Of a stretch of DNA of 64,000 bases, positions 56,667-64,000 are shown in pieces. This stretch comes from the human T2T-CHM13v2.0 reference genome, Homo sapiens, in assembly GCF_009914755.1 (NCBI RefSeq), contig NC_060940.1. The stretch is one strand, 5' to 3'. The position numbers were made by a program, and so were the translations under genes. The notes beneath the pieces were generated by a model, which saw only the letters and a program-made list of their open reading frames with translations, was not told the origin of the DNA and did no database searches. Each line of letters starts with the position of its first letter. The first letter of the stretch is position 1.

Positions 56667-59600
56667 TACCATTCAATTCCATTCGTTGATGCTTCCATTC
56701 AAGTGCATTCGATGATATCATTCGATTCCATTTGATGATAATTCCATTTGATTCCATGAGATGATTCTATTCGATTCCATTCAATGATAATTCCATTCAA
56801 TTCAGTGATTCCTCTGGACTCCATTTGATGATGATTCCATTCAATGATTCCATTCGATTCTATTCGAAAATGATTCCATTTGAATCCATTTGATGATGAT
56901 TCCATTAGATTCCATTTGATGATTCCATTCGATTCCATTCGACGATGATTCCATTCGATTCCGTTTGATGATTCCATTCTATTCTATTCGATGATGATTC
57001 CATTCGATTCCATTCGATGATGATTGGATTCGATTCCATTTGATGATTTCATTTGATTCCATTCGTTAATGATTTCGATCAATTCCATTCGATGATTCCA
57101 TTCGATTCCATTCGATAATGATTACATCCGAGTCCATTCGATGATTCCCTTTGAGCCTGTTCGATAATTCCATTTGAGTCCAACCAATGATTCCATTCAT
57201 TTCCATTCAATGATTCCATTCGAGTCCATTTGATCATTCCGGTAGGGTCCATTCGATGTTGATTCCATTGGAGTGCATTCGATGATTCCATTCGAGTCCA
57301 TTTTAGGATTTGATTCGAGTACTTTCGATGATTCCATTCGATTCCACTCGATGATGATTTCATTCGAGTCCATTCGACACTTCCAATCGATTCCATTTGA
57401 TGATTCCATTCGAGTCCAATTGATGATTCCATTCAATTCCATTCGATGATGATTCCGTACGATTCCATTCTGTGATGATTCCATGTGATTGCATTCAATG
57501 ATGATTCCTTTCGATTGCATTCGATTATGATTCATTTCGTGTTCATTCTATGGTTCCACAGGTTTCCATTCGTGTCCATTCCATTATTCCATTCTATTCC
57601 ATTTGATGATGATTCCATTCGATTCCATTCATTGGTGATTCCACTCAATTCCATTCAATGATTCCATTCCATTTCTTTCAACAATGATTCCATTAGTTTC
57701 TAATCGATGATCCACTTGATTCCATTTGACGACGATTCCATTCTTGTCCATTCGATGATTCCATTTGATTCCATATGATGATGATTCCATTCGATTCCAT
57801 ACCATGATGATTCCATTCGAGTCCATTCAACGGTGATTCCATTCAATTCCATTCGATGATTCCTTTTGATTCCATTCGATGATGATGGCATTCGATTCCT
57901 TTCAATCATTCCCTTTGATTCCATTCAAAGGTGATTTCATTCAAGTCCATTCGATAATTGCATTCGATTCCATTCTATGATGATTCCATTCGAGTCCATT
58001 TGATGATTCCATTCAATTCAAGTCAATGATGATTCCATTCGATTCCATTCGATGATTCCATTGGATTCCATTCGATGATGATTCCATTCAAATCCATTCG
58101 ATAATTCAATTCAAGTCCATTCTCTGATGATTCCAATCGAATCCATTCAAAGATTCCATTCAGTTCCATTCGATGATTCCCTTAGATTCCATTCGATGAT
58201 TCCACTTGATTGCATTTACGATGATTCCATTCGATTCCATGTGATGATTCCATTCAATTCTATTCAATGATGTTTCCATTTGATTCCATTCGACCATGAT
58301 TGCCTTTGATTCCATTCAATGATTCCATTCGGTTCCGTTTGATGATGATTCCGTTCGATTCCATTTGATGATTCCATTTGATTCCATTGGATGAGTCCAT
58401 TCGATTACATTCGATGATTATTCCATTCGAGTGCATTAGATGATTCCATTCGAGTCCATTCGATGATTCCATTCGATTCCATTCGATGTTGATTCTGTTC
58501 AAATCCATTCGATGATTCCACTCGATTCCATTCGTTGACTCCATTTGATCCCATTCGATGATTTCCTTTGATTCCCTTTGATGATCATTCCATTTGATTC
58601 AATTCGGTGATTTCATTTGATTCCATTCAGTGATGTTTCCATTCGACTCCATTCGATGATGATTCCATTCGACTCCATTCGATTATGATTTCATTCAATT
58701 CCATTCGATAATGATTCCCTTCGAGTCCATTCGATGATTCCATTCGATTCCATTCAACGATGATTTGATTCGTGTCCATTCGATGATTCCATTTGATTCC
58801 ACTTGATGATGATTCCATTCGAGTCCATTTGATGATTCCATTCAATTCCATACTCCGATGATTTCTTTTGAGCCCACTCAATGCTTCCACTCGATTCCAT
58901 ATGATGATGACTCCATTCGATGAAATTCGATGATGATTCCATTCGCTTGCTTTCGATGATGATTCCACTTGAGTCCGTTAGAAGATTCTATTCAATTACA
59001 TTCCAGGACGATTCCGTTCCAGTCCATTTGATGATTCCATTAGACTCCATTCGACGATGATTCCATTCGATGTTATTCGATGATTCCATTCGATCTCATT
59101 CGATGATGATTCCATTCAACTCCATTCGATGTTTCCATTCGAGTTCATTCTATTATTCCATTAGATTCCATTCGATGATGATTCCATTCGATTCCATTTG
59201 ATGATTGCATTCTATTTCATTTGATGATGATTCCATTCGAGTCCACTCGATGATTCCATTCGAGTCCATTCCATGATTCCATTAGAGTACATTTAATGAT
59301 TGCTTTGTTTTCAATTCGAAGATGATTACATTGGATTCCATTCTATGATACCATTCGATTCCATTCAATGATGATTCCACTCAAATCCATTGGATGATTC
59401 CATTCGTGTCCATTCGGTGATTTCATTAGATTCCATTCGAGGATGATTCCATTCGATTCCATTCGATGATTCCATTCAATTCCATTCGATGATGATTCCA
59501 TTCCAGTCCATATGATCATTCCATTTGATTTCATTCGATGATGATTCCATTCGATTCCATTCGACGATTCCATTCTATTCCATTCGATGATGATTCCATT

Positions 59601-60515
59601 CGAGTCCATTCGATGATTCCATTCGAGTCCATTTAATGATTCCATTGGGTTCAATTCAATGATGATTACATTGGATTCCGTTCTATGATTCCATTCAATT
59701 CCGTTCATTGACAATTTGATTCCATTCGATGATGATTCCATTTGAGTTCATTCGATGATTCTATTCGATTCTCTTCGATGGTGATTCAATTCTATTATAT
59801 TGGATGATTCCATTCGATTCCATTTGATGTTGATTCAATTCGATTCTATTCGATGATGATTCCATTGGATTTCACTTGATGATTCTATTCGATTCCATTC
59901 AATGATGATTCACTTCTCGTCCATTGGATGATTCCATTTCATTCCATTCGATGATGATTCCATTCGATTCCATTCGATGATTCCATTTGATTCCATGCGA
60001 CGGTGAGCAATTCGATTCAATTCCATGATGATTCTATTTGATTCAATTAGATGATGTTTCCATTCGAATCCATTCCATGATTATTCCATTGGAATCCATT
60101 CGGCGATGATTCCATATGAGTCAATTCAATGATGATTCCATATGGGTCCGTTCGATGATAATTCCATTTGATTTCATTCGATGCTTCTATTCTATTCCAG
60201 TCGATGATGATTCCGTTGGAGTCCATACGATGATTCCATTTGATTTCATTTGATGATGATTCCATTCGATGATGATTACATTGGATTCCATTCTATGATT
60301 CCATTCAATTCCATTCGTTGATGATTCGATTCCATTCAATGATGATTCCATTTGAGTTCATTCGATGATTCTATTCGATTCCGTTCGATGGTGATTCAAT
60401 TCTATTATATTGGATGATTCCAGTCGATTCCATTTTATGATTATTCCATTGGAGTCCACTTAGTGAATCCTTTAGATTCTACTCGACGATGATTCCATTC
60501 GAGTCCATTCGATGA
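56667..60515 (+). repeat. Short unit U11, 3849 bp (same 2263-bp deletion)
   Basis: ORF 56699 to 60548 = 3849. Junction at 59251-59270. Confidence 0.93.
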
Positions 60516-63500
60516 TACCATTCAATTCCATTCGTTGATGCTTCCATTCAAGTGCATTCGATGATATCATTCGATTCCATTTGATGATAATTCCATTTGA
60601 TTCCATGCGATGATTCTATTCGATTCCATTCAATGATAATTCCATTCAATTCAGTGATTCCTCTGGACTCAATTTGATGATGATTCCATTCAATGATTCC
60701 ATTCGATTCTATTCGAAAATGATTCCATTTGAATCCATTTGATGATGATTCCATTAGATTCCATTTGATGATTCCATTCGATTCCATTCGACGATGATTC
60801 CATTCGATTCCGTTTGATGATTCCATTCTATTCTATTCGATGATGATTCCATTCGATTCCATTCGATGATGATTGGATTCGATTCCATTTGATGATTTCA
60901 TTTGATTCCATTCGTTAATGATTTCGATCAATTCCATTCGATGATTCCATTCGATTCCATTCGATAATGATTACATCCGAGTCCATTCGATGATTCCATT
61001 GGAGCCTGTTCGATAATTCCATTTGAGTCCAACCAATGATTCCATTCATTTCCATTCAATGATTCCATTCGAATCCATTTGATCATTCCGGTAGGGTCCA
61101 TTCGATGTTGATTCCATTGGAGTGCATTCGATGATTCCATTCGAGTCCATTTTAGGATTTGATTCGAGTCCTTTCGATGATTCCATTCGATTCCACTCGA
61201 TGATGATTTCATTCGAGTCCATTCGACACTTCCAATCGATTCCATTTGATGATTCCATTCGAGTCCAATTGATGATTCCATTCAATTCCATTCGATGATG
61301 ATTCCGTACGATTCCATTCTGTGATGATTCCATGTGATTGCATTCAATGATGATTCCTTTCGATTGCATTCGATTATGATTCATTTCGTGTTCATTCTAT
61401 GGTTCCACAGGTTTCCATTCGTGTCCATTCCATTATTCCATTCTATTCCATTTGATGATGATTCCATTCGATTCCATTCATTGGTGATTCCACTCAATTC
61501 CATTCAATGATTCCATTCCATTTCTTTCAACAAGGATTCCATTAGTTTCTAATCGATGATCCACTTGATTCCATTTGACGACGATTCCATTCTTGTCCAT
61601 TCGATGATTCCATTTGATTCCATATGATGATGATTCCATTCGATTCCATACCATGATGATTCCATTCGAGTCCATTCAATGGTGATTCCATTCAATTCCA
61701 TTCGATGATTCCTTTCGATTCCATTCGATGATGATGGCATTCGATTCCTTTCAATCATTCCCTTTGATTCCATTCAAAGGTGATTTCATTCAAGTCCATT
61801 CGATAATTGCATTCGATTCCATTCTATGATGATTCCATTCGAGTCCATTTGATGATTCCATTCAATTCAAGTCAATGATGATTCCATTCGATTCCATTCA
61901 ATGATTCCATTGGATTCCATTCGATGATGATTCCATTCAAATCCATTCGATAATTCAATTCAAGTCCATTCGATGATGATTAAAATCGAATCCATTCAAA
62001 GATTCCATTCAGTTCCATTCGATGATTCCCTTAGATTCCATTCGATGATTCCACTTGATTCCATTTACGATGATTCCATTCTATTCCATGTGATGATTCC
62101 CTTCAATTCTATTCAATGGTGTCTCCATTTGATTCCATTCGACCATGATTGCCTTTGATTCCATTCAATGACTCCATTCGGTTCCTTTTGATGATGATTC
62201 CGTTCGATTCCATTTGATGATTCCATTTGATTCCATTGGATGAGTCCATTCGATTACATTCGATGATTATTCCATTCGAGTGCATTAGATGATTCCATTC
62301 GAGTCCATTCGATGATTCCATTCGATTCCATTCGATGTTGATTCTGTTCAAATCCATTCGATGATTCCACTCGATTCCATTCGTTGACTCCATTTGATCC
62401 CATTCGATGATTTCCTTTGATTCCCTTTGATGATCATTCCATTTGATTCAATTCGGTGATTTCATTTGATTCCATTCAGTGATGTTTCCATTCGACTCCA
62501 TTCGATGATGATTCCATTCGACTCCATTCGATTATGATTTCATTCAATTCCATTCGATAATGATTCCCTTCGAGTCCATTCGATGATTCCATTCGATTCC
62601 ATTCAACGATGATTTGATTCGTGTCCATTCGATGATTCCATTTGATTCCACTTGATGATGATTCCATTCGAGTCCATTTGATGATTCCATTCAATTCCAT
62701 ACTCCGATGATTTCTTTTGAGCCCACTCAATGCTTCCACTCGATTCCATATGATGATGACTCCATTCGATGAAATTCGATGATGATTCCATTCGCTTGCT
62801 TTCGATGATGATTCCACTTGAGTCCGTTAGAAGATTCTATTCAATTACATTCCATGACGATTCCGTTCGAGTCCATTTGATGATTCCATTAGACTCCATT
62901 CGACGATGATTCCATTCGATGTTATTCGATGATTCCATTCGATCTCATTCGATGATGATTCCATTCAACTCCATTCGATGTTTCCATTCGAGTTCATTCT
63001 ATTATTCCATTAGATTCCATTCGATGATGATTCCATTCGATTCCATTTGATGATTGCATTCTATTTCATTTGATGATGATTCCATTCGAGTCCACTCGAT
63101 GATTCCATTCGAGTCCATTTAATGAATCCATTGGTTTCAATTCTATGATGATTACATTGGATTCCATTCGTTGATGATTTCATTCGGTTCCATTCAATGA
63201 TGATTCCATTCAATTCCTTTCAATGTTTCCATTCAATTCCATACGATGATGATTCCATTTGATTTGATTCGACAGTGAGCCATTCGATTCAATTCCATGA
63301 TGATTCTATTTGATTCAATTGGTTGACATTTCCATTCGATTCCATTCGATGATGATTCCCTTTGATTCCGTTCAAAGATGATTCCATTCTAGCCCATTCA
63401 ATCATTCCATTCGATTCTATTCAATGATGATTCCATTCATGTCGATTTGGTGATTCCATTTGACTTCATTTGATGATGATTCCTTTCAAGTTCATTAGAT

Positions 63501-64000
63501 GATTCCATTCGATTCCATTTGATGATGATCCCATTCGAGTCCATTCAGTGATTCCATTCGTTTCCATTCCATGATGATTCCATTCCTTTCCATTCAATGA
63601 TTCCATTCGATTCCGTTTGATGATGATTTCATTCGAGTCCATTTGATGATTCCATTTGATTCCATTCGATGATGATTCCATTCGAGTCCATTCGATGATT
63701 CTATTCGAATCCATTTGATGATTTCTTTTGATTATATTTGGTGATGATTCCATTGGATTCCATTCAATGATTCCATTCTATTCCCATCGATGATGATTCC
63801 ATTAGAGTCCATTTAATGATTCCATTTGATTCCAGTCTCTGATGATTACATTCGAGTCCATACGATGATTCCACTCAATTCCATATGATGATGATTCCAT
63901 TTGATTCCATTCGGTGATTCCATTCTATTCTATTCAATGGTGATTCCATTCGAGTACATTAGATGATTCCATTCGATTCCATTCAATGATGATTCTATTT
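60516..64000 (+). repeat. Unit U12, undeleted type, truncated by the window edge
   Basis: Contains sequence that short units lack (…CCATTTAATGAATCCATTGG at ~63115; ORF 63466-63753). Confidence 0.9.

Larger units (their letters stand above)
1..64000 (+). repeat. Human satellite II (HSat2/HSATII) pericentromeric array, CATTC strand on +; probably HSat2B of chr16q11.2
   Basis: Continuous CATTCGATTC/CATTCGAGTC/GATGATTC motifs in 23- and 26-bp monomers with abundant TCGA, typical of HSat2 rather than HSat3 (long pure CATTC runs). The chromosome assignment rests only on the 6.1-kb period and is less certain than the family call. Confidence 0.97.

Noticed and set aside
17531-62158. Plus-strand 61-67 aa ORFs (MMIIIESIQ…, MIPFENDS…)
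   Set aside because: They appear only where a single SNP removes a stop codon, so they are haplotype markers and not genes.
33-63753. About 170 minus-strand ORFs of 60-132 aa (MESSNGIEWNHRM…)
   Set aside because: They are translations of the GAATG/GAATC satellite strand, which is stop-poor and ATG-rich. The same peptides appear in all frames and are freely broken by unit SNPs, with no gene structure.
1-64000. CRISPR-like repeat/spacer array or other prokaryotic system
   Set aside because: Monomers are contiguous and degenerate, with no unique spacers, leader or cas genes.
1-64000. Inversion, or L1/Alu/alpha-satellite/telomeric insertion
   Set aside because: No GAATG-strand switch, poly-A tail or non-satellite sequence was seen. 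All unit length differences are explained by the 2263-bp deletion and the 72-bp duplication.

Overview
The whole 64 kb window is one uninterrupted, single-orientation classical satellite array of the human satellite II type (HSat2/HSATII). It is built from diverged CATTC pentamers arranged as 23-bp (CATTCGATTCCATTCGATGATTC) and 26-bp (…GATGATGATTC) monomers, with the CATTC strand on +. I found no gene, RNA gene, transposon or inversion; every ORF in the track is translated satellite. The array is organised as near-identical 6112-bp higher-order units, a period that fits the ~6.1-kb HSat2B array of human chromosome 16 pericentromeric heterochromatin (recalled, not verified). There are 11 complete units and one partial (phase arbitrary, starting at base 1): seven of 6112 bp, three of 3849 bp that share one 2263-bp deletion, and one of 6184 bp with a 72-bp duplication. 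Unit-diagnostic SNPs show two unit haplotypes, a nested local expansion (U5-U8), an emerging 9961-bp short+long super-repeat (U9-U12) and patchy exchange between units. I do not see a new biological system here. What is interesting is the satellite's structural evolution. SNP comparisons were made by eye and are not exhaustive.
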